A stretch of DNA of 64,000 nt from NCBI RefSeq assembly GCF_001194135.2, contig NC_068984.1, positions 136,059,121 to 136,123,120 of the forward strand, in the 5' to 3' direction. Shown here one piece after another: positions 1 to 13,246 of this stretch; the stretch's first letter is position 1; each line of letters begins with the position of its first letter. The notes below the pieces were generated by a model that saw only the letters and a list, made by a program, of their open reading frames with translations, ran no database searches and was not told the DNA's origin. Both the position numbers and the translations under genes were made by a program. Source of the DNA: Octopus bimaculoides (Eukaryota).

Positions 1-1150
1 TATATATATATATATATGCATGTATGCGTATATGTACATATATTAAATTGTATGCATTCATCGGTCTACAGAGGTCGCCTTGACATGGTGGTTGGTATTT
101 TAAACCTGATGCTAAAAGGAGAATATTATCTACGGCAAACCGCAGTGAAAAACGAACATTTTACAGGTCAAATATGTCACAGACATATTTGAAATGATTT
201 AAAATTGTTTAATTCATAACTCTGCTTTGGAGTGCCCAATAGGTGTACGTGTGTGTGCGGGGGGTAGTGTGAGTGAGTGTACGTGTGTGTATCTGTGGGT
301 CATCTATAGATACAAGTTAGCGTTTATAACCAAGGCATGTTATATATATTTATATATCTGCGACAATTAAATATTTTGCCGCGTGTCAGAAAAGTTAAGT
401 TGAAAATTCACAGAATTTGAATCTCTTCTATTCATGTGTAAACTCTTTACTATACAATGCATCAAGAAGAACAGCTTCAAGACATACTTGGAGACATAAT
501 AACAAATACATTTGAAACTATATTTTAAAATGCATCTTTCAGAAGCATTCAGCAGAAATGCTCAAATAGCTTTATAAAGAAGACTTTAGAGCTATGTAAA
601 TAAATACAATATTAAGTAGATGTACGGAAGTTTAATAAATAGCCAGAGGTATATCTATTAAAATTACTCTATACTGAGACAGAATTGTAATTGTAACAAT
701 AGTTTCCTTTGTCCCTGGTGTATAGATTCCAGTTAAAATCGAAATTCTTAAATGTTCTTCCTGGTTAAAGAAGTCTATCTTTGTGTTCTCTAAATGTACC
801 CCCGTTCCTGAAACTCAGACTTGTCTCTATTTCATAGCCATTTAATGTATACAACTGGAGCTGTTTCTACTTCAGTTACGCTATGCACACACACATACAT
901 AGCTAGAGAAGGGCATGTTTGCATATACAGACACGTATAGACATGTACGAGTACGAGTATATATGATCATTTAGTAGGATTGGAGTCATTCTTTTCAAGA
1001 ATTTGAATATCTTCACAAAGAACATTTACAGATGGAAGGGCATGACAGTGAGCAAAGAAATAATTTTGTAATAATGTTAATTGTGACAGTTATTTCAAAT
1101 TTTGCTTCTAAGGTCCATCAACTAGTTCTGGCTAAAGAAGTTAGTCTTAG

Positions 1151-1195
<45 letters not shown>

Positions 1196-1196
1196 C

Positions 1197-1285
<89 letters not shown>

Positions 1286-1296
1286 TGTGTGTGCGT

Positions 1297-1497
1297 GATC
1301 TCAAATTGCGCCCGATTGTTACAGGACCTGCATCCAGCACCCAAAGATTAAGCAACTTGATGGATATGATTTTAAAACGTTTATGTATATTGGCTCCCAG
1401 TTTCATCAGAGATGACATGGGCTTCTTAAATCATATTCCAGAACAGGTAGATAAAGAGATAGTACCAGTTAGCTTTGACGTAACTAATCTCTACACA
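1297..1497 (+). mobile_element. Penelope-like element reverse transcriptase fragment
   Basis: Stop-free frame DLKLRPIVTGPASSTQRLSNLMDMILKRL...SFIRDDMGFLNHIP...VSFDVTNLYT matches the PLE RT motif series LRPIV / YIKDT.DFL / SFDV.SLYT (recalled family motifs). Flanked by (GT)n and (CA)n. Confidence 0.8.
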
Positions 1498-1526
1498 CAT
1501 ACTCACACACACACACATATATATAG

Positions 1527-1654
1527 ACCTCCTTGACTCAAGTTAGAGAAGGGGTGCGTATTATACACAAGGTTTAGGTTTTCCACAGGTATAGCCCTCT
1601 AAAGATCCCCTGCGTATTATACTCAAGGGCGGACTATGCTCGAAGATTTACGGT

Positions 1655-1655
<1 letters not shown>
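1527..1655. mobile_element. Terminal fragment of a Tc2/pogo-type DNA transposon or MITE
   Basis: Two internal GCGTATTATAC repeats (about 1556 and 1612) and an end ...CTCGAAGATTTACGG-TA resemble the CCGTA-type TIR with TA target site. No partner end seen. Confidence 0.5.
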
Positions 1656-1687
<32 letters not shown>

Positions 1688-2160
1688 GAGAGAGAGAGAG
1701 AGAGAGAGAGAGGGGGAGGGAGATATGTATGCATACACACACACATACTCACACACATTTATATATGCACACACTAATGAATATACGTGATGGATACATT
1801 TGATGTTTTATCATACATCTAGATGTATAGGGTTAGTAGGAGTATGTGCTTCACAAATGACTTCATGTGAAATATGGTGTTAAAAGTGTTCAAGTTACAA
1901 AGGTAAAATAGAAGCGAAGACACACATATGCCAACACGTTCACCTTTGGTAGTCATATATACTGAAAAGGTTTCAAAAATATAGTGCTACAGCAACTACC
2001 TTATCACCGATAGTTATGCCAAAGTACTATCACTAAATTTAACAGTGCTGACTATAATGGTATATGTGTGATTTAAATGTGATTTAAATGTGATTTCAAA
2101 TTTTAATTGTATACACACAAGCGCATCACACAGAATCACAAGCACATCACACAGACTCAC

Positions 2161-2310
2161 ACACACACATATATGTGTGTGTGTATGTATGTATGTATAT
2201 ATATAGACATGTACAGAAATATATATATACATAAATACACACACACATATATGTGTGTGTGTATGTATGTATGTATATATATATAGACATGTACAGAAAT
2301 ATATATACAT
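2161..2310. repeat. Tandem duplication of a ~77-bp compound microsatellite unit
   Basis: The block ACACACATATATGTGTGTGTGTATG...GACATGTACAGAAATATATAT occurs twice in tandem. Confidence 0.8.
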
Positions 2311-2346
2311 ATATATATATGCACTTATATATATATATATTTATAT

Positions 2347-2491
2347 ATACATGTACATATACACAAAGATTATGCGTGTATATAGATGTATATCGTGTTG
2401 GTACGTAAAAGTCTCGTCACAGGAAAATATGGTACATTTCTGAATGCGTATGTGCATGGAGAATGGAATATATGTATGTATATATATATGT

Positions 2492-2524
<33 letters not shown>

Positions 2525-2690
2525 NNNNNNNNNNATACATGTACATATACACAAAGATTATGCGTGTATATAGATGTATATCGTGTTGGTACGTAAAAGT
2601 CTCGTCACAGGAAAATATGGTACATTTCTGAATGCGTATGTGCATGGAGAATGGAATATATGTATGTATATATATATGTATATATATATG
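2347..2690. other. Duplicated contig ends across a 10-N gap (probable assembly overlap artefact)
   Basis: About 150 bp (ATACATGTACATATACACAAAG...GAATGGAATATATG...) are identical on both sides of the gap at about 2525-2534. Confidence 0.75.
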
Positions 2691-2894
2691 TATGTATGTA
2701 TGTAAGTATATAGGTGTGTGTGTGTGTCTGTGTGTATATCTACGTAAGTAAACAATTTATATATCCATACAGTCATAGTTACCAACGTTCATACACACAT
2801 CATATTTCTCCATTGATGAGAATTTTACATATCATCAGGATATAAAATATTTATCTTTTCTCTTACGTCATTCGTCGTGAAATTGTTTTTCCAA

Positions 2895-2932
<38 letters not shown>

Positions 2933-4125
2933 TCTCTCACACTATCTCTCTACACTTTCTCTGTTCTATCTACCGCTATATATCTACTTTTCCCTGTCAC
3001 TTTCTTCCTTTGTATTCGTACATTCCTCTCTTTCTCTTTTCTCACTCTTATTCGCATGGAATTAACAACATTATCTACGGGATTATTACTTCGATACTTT
3101 AAAGTCATCACATCTGTTGTATTCTTTCTACTGCGCAGGAATCAATTTTGCTTCGTGTACTTTAGAAAATCCGTGATAACACTTCTACATATACATAGCG
3201 ACTGTATCAGACATCGCACTGATTATGAAGATACTTAAATGCGCAAACGCACATAGATGCATGCATGCATAGATAATTATAATAAACCTGTACGTTCATA
3301 CATGAAGGCAAACATATTCATATACGCATATAGTTTTATACATGCAGACACACACACATACGCACACATGTATGTATGCATATGTGTACGTATAGTAAAC
3401 CTGTCTATGCATACGTTAGCCTGTGTATTCTTTCATGAATGATTTTAAGATCCATGCATAGAGCCATTAATGCGTAAGAAAAACATATTACGACTATATT
3501 CATTATGTGTATTTATGAGTAAAGTATTCTTTGTAAGCACATACATATATCTGTATATATATACACAGGCATATATATATATATATATANNNNNNNNNNN
3601 NNNNNNNNNNNNNNNNNNNNNNNNNNNNNNNNNNNNNNNNNNNNNNNNNNNNNNNNNNNNNNNNNNNNNNNNNNNNNNNNNNNNNNNNNNNNNNNNNNNN
3701 NNNNNNNNNNNNNNNNNNNNNNNNNNNNNNNNNNNNNNNNNNNNNNNNNNNNNNNNNNNNNNNNNNNNNNNNNNNNNATGAATATAATTGAATATATGTA
3801 TGCGTGCCTATGTTGCGTATATAAGCATGCGTATTTCATTCTATTATTTCAATGTATATGTATTAAAACGCACACTTAAAAAACACATTGCATTAGATTT
3901 GCATTTTAGCTCAAAGATATTAAATCTGCGATACGGCAGAAAACCACTCTCAGCTAAAACATTGTGCTAAGTTACAAATGTCTACCACAAACGCGTTAAG
4001 TTCGTGCGTTGAATAACGTTTTTGCTTTAATTCTTTCTTCATGAAAAAGAAAATCGCCTTTTTACTAAGATTTTACATTCCGTCTATAACATAAAGTCCT
4101 GATTTACACACACACATACACACAC

Positions 4126-4159
<34 letters not shown>

Positions 4160-5742
4160 TTCTCTATTTCCTTTGGTGTGATTGTGCTGAGTTAGCAGGA
4201 TATATTGTGTGCCGCATTTAGTTCACTCTAAATAAGCAAAGAAACCATTGATGTAGGCATTTTTCAGAACAAAGATTTATGATGTGACTTTCAGACTTCA
4301 AAATATATGATCTCGGGTAGCTTATATTGTAGTCTTTAGATTATTAACAAGCTTCAGTAATATGCACCCGTGTTCGTTTAGCTCAAATATTATTTATCAC
4401 CTCGCCGACTACTCTCTGTGTCGGTTTAATCCCTGCTTCAATTAACGGCCACCAACCACAGTTTTCTGGTATATTTTAAACATCATAACATTACCACATA
4501 CGTTTTCTTTTAACTTAAACGGTTCAATGGGATTTGAGAGAGGTTTAGTAATTGTTTTCAGTAGATAGAAAGAAGTTACTATACAAATGATTCCTGTTAA
4601 CGTAACAGTGACAGAGAAAAACTAGCTAGACAGAAAATGTTCAGCTGTTAACATTGTTGAAGTTCTGGTACATTATCACAAGAAACTATTTTTGTACGAC
4701 GTATTATTTCACTTAATATATTTGGCGCTGTAATTTAATCGTTGTCCATTTGCTTATCGTTGTTTAGGCATTGATTAAATAACAATTAGTCAACTACTTA
4801 CCCACCAGAAATCGCTTATAAATGTCAAAATTGTCTCGCGTGCAGCAAAAGTCAGATATGAATAGAATAAAATACAACACATCTGGCTTGTTTATGCGCT
4901 AACTTGATGATTTTTTGATAATATAATTTAATTCTGAAGACATCTTCTGGACCGATTTATTGTTTATCCTCTAATACGTAAGAATCGCGTTATTCAAATT
5001 AATCATGAAATCAATAAGGTATTGTATAACGATATAAATAAGGAAAATTATAATTATAAATAGCCCTTATCTAATATTCCCTTAGAAATACATGAGCTCA
5101 CAGTTGTCACCAAAAGTTGTTCATCTTCCTTGATTACGCTTCAATCTCTACCTCTACCGATTTCTCTGCTCTTCACCACTTCTTTTCTCTCTCTCTCTCT
5201 CTCTCACACTTTCTCTCTCGTCTCCCTTCGGTAGCACGTGACCATCCCATTTCTCCTTTCAACTGCCGTCACACTTCGCCTGGCTCTCCCTTTCCCTTCT
5301 ACCTCAAACACTAGACTCGCATTGCTTTTCCACTTTTCGTTCTTTTCTTAACTCTATCAATTCATCTCTCCACATTGCTTTCCAGTCATATAGAACGTCA
5401 TTTTTCATTGCCTTACGTTTACGTGTCTTGTAATGTTGTCTCAGAGCTGTACGGCCTTATTTTCTTTGTATATCTATAGTTGCACCAACTACTGGTGCTT
5501 ACGTTAACATATGAAAATCTACTTTCATTTTCCCATGCAATAAAGAACATGCATCGTTTGTTTCAATAAATTTGTAAAAGGAATATGGGGTTTATTACCA
5601 ATTTGTTAATGCCTACTTACTTTTCACCCACCTTGCATATGTATATATATCTGTGTATGTGTGTTTGTGTGTATGTGTATTGCCGCCTCCCCCACCACAT
5701 CGCTTGACCAATGACTGAGCAAGTGAATAAAAGAATATATTT

Positions 5743-5773
<31 letters not shown>

Positions 5774-5907
5774 NNNNNNNNNNNNNNNNNNNNNNNNNNN
5801 NNNNNNNNNNNNNNNNNNNNNNNNNNNNNNNNNNNNNNNNNNNNNNNNNNNNNNNNNNNNNNNNNNNNNNNNNNNNNNNNNNNNNNNNNNNNNNNNNNNN
5901 NNNNNNN

Positions 5908-6087
5908 AGAAAAATTAATAATTAAAAGCACATTAAATGAGTATAATATAAAGTAAAGTAAATATCATAAGATAAATATAATAAAAAGATTACACGTGTT
6001 TCATAACCAATTATTATATTTATCTTATGATATTTACTTTACTTTATATTATACTCATTTAATGTGCTTTTAATTATTAATTTTTCT
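5908..6087. repeat. Perfect 77-bp inverted repeat with 26-bp spacer
   Basis: 5908-5984 is the exact reverse complement of 6011-6087, checked base by base. Confidence 0.95.
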
Positions 6088-6146
6088 ATATGTGATAGTG
6101 GATTTTCATCGATGAGTTCTTGAAAATTGGTTATTTTCCCTAAAAC

Positions 6147-6181
<35 letters not shown>

Positions 6182-8054
6182 ATATATACATACACATGAG
6201 TATGTACACTTACACACACATATATGAATATATATGTACGCAAGAATAGGCCCTTATGCGAATGTGTTGTATACATATATGTGTGTGTGTGTGAGTATGT
6301 GCATGTGTGTGTTTGTGTGTGTGCATGTGTGTGTGCTTGTCGTAAATGGCATGTACAAGAGTATGTATATTTTTCTTTTTTCCTGTTTTTTTCTTTTCTT
6401 TTCTTTTTTTTTATTTTTAATGCATTTCTACGGGCAGTAGCTGTCAGTAAGAATGTTTTGTTATAGCAATTTATGAAAGTCTGATAGTAAATATCTCATA
6501 TAAATTGGATAACTTACAAATTGTAGGTAGACATTGAGAAAGTGAGGGAAAAAAGCAGACAAAGCGAAAGAGAGAGAGAGGGGGGAGGAGTTGGGAAGGA
6601 AGGTTGATTGAGGCGGCGTTATAATAACTAAAAGACACTTTCCATTTAAATATCTCTCCAAATCTGCTCAATCAAAACTTTTCATCACCGAGAAGGAAAC
6701 GTATTATGTCACTAACTTTTTTCCTTCTTTCTTTTCCGTCTGGCCTTTCTCCCAGTTAATCTCTGTTGTTATCACTTACTTCTTTCCTCCCTTCCTTCCT
6801 TCTTTCTTTTTGTCTGCCGACCGTCGTTTCTTCCCTCTCATCATTATTTTTTTCTTTCGCTCATTTGGGTTTTTTTTTTTTTAGTTCATTCCTTCCATTG
6901 TCATTTTCTTGTCGACTTAAATTTTTTCTGTTTCTTTTTTTTATTTTTAATATATTTGTCGCTTAATTAATTTGGTATCTTAATCATGTTTTCTCCATTT
7001 TTTTTCTTCCATCTTGTCTTTCATTCATTCAATGTTGCCTTCTTTCTGCCTCAATTTGATTCTTCTACATTTTCGTTNNNNNNNNNNNNNNNNNNNNNNN
7101 NNNNNNNNNNNNNNNNNNNNNNNNNNNNNNNNNNNNNNNNNNNNNNNNNNNNNNNNNNNNNNNNNNNNNNNNNNNNNNNNNNNNNNNNNNNNNNNNNNNN
7201 NNNNNNNNNNNNNNNNNNNNNNNNNNNNNNNNNNNNNNNNNNNNNNNNNNNNNNNNNNNNNNNNNNNNNNNNNNNNNNNNNNNNNNNNNNNNNNNNNNNN
7301 NNNNNNNNNNNNNNNNNNNNNNNNNNNNNNNNNNNNNNNNNNNNNNNNNNNNNNNNNNNNNNNNNNNNNNNNNNNNNNNNNNNNNNNNNNNNNNNNNNNN
7401 NNNNNNNNNNNNNNNNNNNNNNNNNNNNNNNNNNNNNNNNNNNNNNNNNNNNNNNNNNNNNNNNNNNNNNNNNNNNNNNNNNNNNNNNNNNNNNNNNNNN
7501 NNNNNNNNNNNNNNNNNNNNNNNNNNNNNNNNNNNNNNNNNNNNNNNNNNNNNNNNNNNNNNNNNNNNNNNNNNNNNNNNNNNNNNNNNNNNNNNNNNNN
7601 NNNNNNNNNNNNNNNNNNNNNNNNNNNNNNNNNNNNNNNNNNNNNNNNNNNNNNNNNNNNNNNNNNNNNNNNNNNNNNNNNNNNNNNNNNNNNNNNNNNN
7701 NNNNNNNNNNNNNNNNNNNNNNNNNNNNNNNNNNNNNNNNNNNNNNATATATATATATATAGGTATATACAAACACGAACACATATCTAGTTAGTTGATG
7801 AAGGGCTATCTCACGATTGTAATTACTTGTCAAAAAAAGTCTCATCTGACGCGTTTGGGAAATGTTTGGTTAGGCTAGGTGCCAGTCTTGCAGACGGAAC
7901 GGAACATTATAATGGTTTACATAAGTAAAGAGCATCTATTTCGGCTTCCAGTTTAAATTTATGCGCTTGCGCCTCTGTTAGTCCATCTTTCTCAGCAATT
8001 TGTTGTCTAGTAACGTTCTCTATCATTTTGCTCATTATACAATCAATCATAACC

Positions 8055-8415
<361 letters not shown>

Positions 8416-8799
8416 GTAGATATAAATGCAACTATCTCTGGCGTGCTTCCATAAGCATACGCACACACGTACAAATGAATGTACATAAACGCACACACAC
8501 GCTCACTCACATACCGACTCGTATATATCTATGTATACCATGAGAAGTGTATCTAGGTATTTGTGCAAATTTTCTTAATTTACTGAGAAAATAGGTAGGC
8601 CTGCGATTACAGTATGTCAAGCAAGCATAGAGATTTCATTCCAGGGTACCTACAGTTATATAACTCTCTTGTAGATTTTGTTTTACTTATTATTGCTGCT
8701 TAACTTCAGTTCAGCTCCATTTAAACAGATCTGTAATAGTATATATTCTATCGATGATGAACCAGTATTCTAGAATGATCCTGCATTTTATAGAACATA

Positions 8800-9115
8800 C
8801 GTCACAGCATATAGGTACACTGCGGCATAATTTCTTTTCCTCAACAGGCCCTGCCCTGTTTAACATTGTCCCGAAACAGATAAAAGAGGAAAAGGATCCT
8901 ATCAGCTTTAAACGGTGTCTAGACAGATTTCGTCAAAGAATATCAGACAAGCCACCCATACCTGGCTACAACTCACTCAATAAGAACTCACTACTTCAAT
9001 GGACCATAAAAAAAACTTGACTGTAAAAAGGATTTAGATAATCCTATCATGTGGTGCTATAAAGTTAGATATGGCCTGGACCAATCTTTGGTCGAAACAT
9101 ATCTAAGTTTATCTC
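8800..9115 (+). mobile_element. CR1/L2-group LINE 3' end (ORF2 C-terminus plus 3' UTR)
   Basis: GPALFNIVPKQIK...FKRCLDRFRQRISDKPPIPGY...NSLLQW matches the GP.LFN.LP...FK..LD..L..IPD.P...NSL terminus. The UTR has a GACCA/TGGTC stem-loop followed by GAAAC (9079-9098). Confidence 0.8.
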
Positions 9116-9949
9116 TAAAGACGTTATCCAATGTGAGGTTTTCTCCGTAAGTTAGCCACAAAATAGAGACCAGGTCCTATGATGCTTCAAAGAAATCTTC
9201 CCTATGGTTGCTATTGTTACAGATAATGTATTTCTTTTTAACCATTTCTAAAAAAAAAAAAATTAGAATTACCAATTTTAAATTTTAACACCCAATAATC
9301 TGTTGTATTTGTGTATCTATCGGGGACTCTCCTATCGGAGACGACAGATTGTAGTTACGAAATTTCTGGCTGAACAACTTCGACAGATGAATTTTTTGAC
9401 AGTGATCAAATATTTGTGCTAACATGTTAGCTCACTACTGCCATAAAATTGACATTGCCTGTACAAGAGTATGCTGTGCCAAAAGTCAGGTGACGAAGTG
9501 AATGAAGAGTTCTTTGAAAGAACACAACGAATCGGCAGTACGCGAATCAAAACGACGATTTCGTAATCGATCGTGTGTGCAACACTAAACACTAGGTCAC
9601 ACAACATCTGGTGTGTGCATATAAGCGTGAGTGTATATGTGCATATATGCTTGTAAATATGAAAATATGTATATCTCTTCTAGTTTTAATTATTATAAAT
9701 CTTTCACTGAGGAGTTAGTCGGTTTGCAACAAAGATACAAGGCTCCATTTTTGGGATGTAGTTAACACACAAATTCACATTTGGAACTTGAGAAAAGTCT
9801 TGCATATTTTTACTGTTCCACTCACAGATTGGATCTGTCATGTACAAATCAGCCGGTCAGTTTCTCTTTCTGAAAATCCCGGTTTATCCACATTCTCCTT
9901 TAAGTATTTACGAACAGAAACCTAGGGCTCCAATGATTATTGGTATGAA

Positions 9950-10170
9950 TATGAATTACAAAAGGATGCTTGTTTTCGGAGCTGTTTCGCCGTGAATGCA
10001 TATAAATTGGGATAAGCTTCGTTCCAGTATTTCTTTAACCGCTTCATGTATCCGATTGAGGGATCATATCGGGCTTTTTCATAGTACCGAAGTAAATCTT
10101 GGTTAAGTTGTTGCGTCCAAGTAAAATGAGAAGAGTACTTACGTCCTCTTAAATAACTTACTGGTGAAGT
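9950..10170 (-). mobile_element. R4/Dong-like non-LTR retrotransposon N-terminal fragment
   Basis: FTWTQQLNQDLLRYYEKARYDPSIGYMKRLKKYWNEAYPNL..FTAKQLRKQA resembles the WT...CY..A...GY.KR...W..P..QL..Q N-terminal block I recall from R4/Dong ORFs. Confidence 0.55.
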
Positions 10171-10892
10171 AATTCTGTTTTCATTTGTGGTGACATTGTT
10201 AGTTTCATCTATGAGGATGTTAGCTTCAGCCATAATCATGTTGGCGAGATTCCACTTGGTGTAGATGTATATTTTAAAATCTGTCCAGGCTAGCGCTACG
10301 ATGGCGAGCAAATGGTGTTAATTGTTGGAAGAATAAAACGGTTACCGATGTAGGGTATGGAAGTCGGTATATTTCTAGAGGAAGGCGCTCAAAACGGACT
10401 TTTTAAACGATCCTTTACACCACCTGCAAGTCCAACGTTGACGGCGCCATTAATGTATGCAAGTATGCATGTGTGTATGTATGTATGTATGTATGTATGT
10501 ATGTATGTATGTACTTAATGAGACGTCCACCCCCCACCACCCACCCCTTAAATAATCCATTGGAGTGACAGGCTGATAATACAGCATTGAAGTAGATGCC
10601 TTGTGGTATTAAATCGACACCGTGAATAAACTACCAGAGTCAATGGGAGATAGCATTTTAGCAATGTTAATCATGGCATTGACACTTCAATCTACGAGAA
10701 TATCATTCGCGTTATACTTTGCTGACTACAATGGAATGATGCTATGTCGCGCTATCGGCATCACACATTTTAGAATATGAGGAACTGAAAACCAAGGAAT
10801 GTAAATATACTGAGTAAGGATAATGTTCTAAATTAAGGACCGAACAATTAAATGTAATATAAAAAAAGTTCGCTTAATTAAAACGATAACAG

Positions 10893-11088
10893 TCGTTACC
10901 GCGCCGGTTAAAGTGGTGAGCGGTATTTCCTCCGGCTTTTATTTCTTATTTCATATTTCACTGAGGTTGGCTTTGCCTTTCATCCTTTTGGTATCAATAA
11001 AATAAGTACCAGCTGAGAGCTTGGGTCGTTGTAATCGATTTACTCACTCCCTAGAAATTGCTGGCGTTGTGCCAAAATTTGAAACGAA
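10893..11088 (+). mobile_element. SINE family A, old 5'-eroded copy
   Basis: Contains CTTTGCCTTTCATCCTTTTGGTATCAATAAAATAAGTACCAG and a ...GTTGTGCCAAAATTTGAAAC tail. Confidence 0.7.
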
Positions 11089-11145
11089 TATGTAAATATT
11101 TACGTAATGTCATATCGATATATATATATATATATATATCGATAG

Positions 11146-11194
<49 letters not shown>

Positions 11195-11910
11195 AGAGAG
11201 AAATACATACACAGACATACATTTATATATCTAAACATTTTTGGACATACATGTTTGCGTATGTATATGTGTCTATGTGTTCGTTGTTCGTATGTTTGTA
11301 TCTGATATATATATATATATATTTATATTCTTGCTTACATAAATACTACACATATAGAAACGTACATACTTTATATATCTGGTGTAATTAAGAGCAATAA
11401 TAGTCTAGACGATGTTTAACTTAATAATGCCATGTGGTTAATGACTGTTATTCGTGAAAATAAGCTTCCTCGTGTTGTTATGCAGGAAATTGATTTTTGT
11501 GGAAATGACTGCTTGTTTCATCAGCTAATATTTGTTGATATTTTCCCATATATATAGTTTAGCAATGTACCTTGATTAAATTTTTGTTTAGATTCTCTTT
11601 TGTTTTACTATAATCGTGAGGAAAAGATTTGCAAATTTAATCACTATTGTGCCTTAAGGAACAATCGTTTGCCTTGAGTGGTATTACTCAGATAGACTTT
11701 ATAATTTTCTTCTGTCTTTTCTATAAGTATTCCCATGATCATTGCTCTGATGACCTTTAAATATATCACTGTTTTTCTTCCCAGACACATCGTATTTCTG
11801 TCGGTCATAATTTATTTTATTCAAATACCGTCTTTACTCGAACTGATCCTCTCTGGGACGCTCTACCACCGTCTTGTTGTCCCCTGGCCAACGATGTTTA
11901 TCTTTTATGG

Positions 11911-12148
11911 TTTCTTATTTCTTTACTGCCCACAAGGGGCTATACACAGAGGGGACAAATCAGGGCAGACAAACGGATTAAGTCGATTATATCGACCCCA
12001 GTACGTAACTATTACTCATTTCATCGACCCCGAAACGATGAAAGGCAAAGTCGACCTCTGTGGAATTCGAACTCAGAACGTAGCGGCAGATGAAATACCG
12101 CTAAATATTTCGCCCGGTATAGTAACGTTTCTGCCAGCTCGCCGCCTT
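11911..12148 (-). mobile_element. SINE family A, full length, tail type 1
   Basis: Head AAGGCGGCGAGCTGGCAGAAACGTTA... with B-box-like GAGTTCGAATTCC, core GGTCGACTTTGCCTTTCATCGTTTCGGGGTCGAT, tail ...CCTTGTGGGCAGTAAAGAAATAAGAAA. Confidence 0.9.
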
Positions 12149-12819
12149 AAGTTTTTTAAGGTTTCTATCAATCGACACATTTTGAATTTCTAAGCCCCTT
12201 GTACTTCTTTCTAGTCCCTTACGCTACAATGGCTGCAAGCCTTGTTTTGGGACAGAATCATACGAAAGAAGTCGAACATTTTGCATTAAACAAATATTGT
12301 AAAATAATATCCTGGCGCCACTCTTATCTTGGTGATGATTATTTTCCGTTTAATACATAGCCTCCTCTGCATTTAATTCCAGTCACTGTATATTCCGGAT
12401 TATGATATCTAATGTCTTATTATTTACTGAACCGTAGTGTCTGTTGTGTAAAATGTCAAATTGTTTGCTTTTTAGGGAATAAACAATACTGCTTCCTAAA
12501 TGACGAGCTGGCCAAACGAAAATAGCAAAGAAAACAAAATTGAAAGCATATGATGAAACAACAGAATAAAATTTGATGAGCAAAACCATTGGTTGAGGTG
12601 TTCCATAATTTACGATACACGGCCATGTGTTTCGCCTGAAAGGACTCAATTAAACTATCCTGTCCTTATATAAATCGCTGAGGAGGACTAATAAGCCCAA
12701 AATAAACCTGTACTTGTCATTTTACATATTACAAGCAATACACATTTCCCATTGTATGACTTTTATCATTGATCAATTTAAATTTAGATTAATCTACATT
12801 TTGCACAATGGTAAGAATT

Positions 12820-13148
12820 GTACGTTATTTACATTATTTACAATTGACGGATATTTGTCCTCATCTTCTTTGTTGTTAAAACAACATTTCGGCTGATATA
12901 CACTCCAGCCTTCATGGGGTGTTTTGGGGAAATTTCGGACCTGGGTTCTCATTCCTAAGATATTTTTCGATGTTGTTGTTGTTGTTCTTCTTCTTCTTCT
13001 TCTTCCTCTTGTTCTTCTTGTTCTTCTTCTTCTTCTTCTTCTTCTTCTTCTTCTTCTTCTTCTTCTTCTTCTTCTTCTTCTTCTTCTTCTTCCTCTTCTC
13101 ATCATCATCATCATCATTATTATTATTATTATTGTTATTATTATTGTA

Positions 13149-13209
<61 letters not shown>

Positions 13210-13246
13210 TCACTGCCTGGAATCGAATTCGGAATCTTGGTGTTAG
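12820..13246 (-). mobile_element. Family E tRNA-headed element with hammerhead-like motif, copy 1 (head cut by gap)
   Basis: Homologous to 44261-44543. tRNA 3' half at 13206-13246, expanded microsatellite, HHR-like motif at 12878-12925, tail ...ATCCGTCAATTGTAAATAATGTAAATAA. Confidence 0.8.
12970..13205. repeat. Compound trinucleotide microsatellite (GTT)n(CTT)n(ATC)n(ATT)n
   Basis: Directly visible, inside family E copy 1. Confidence 0.95.

Noticed and set aside
11735-12193. 152-aa ORF
   Set aside because: Its second half is the antisense strand of SINE A; the same peptide recurs at 40.5 and 53 kb.
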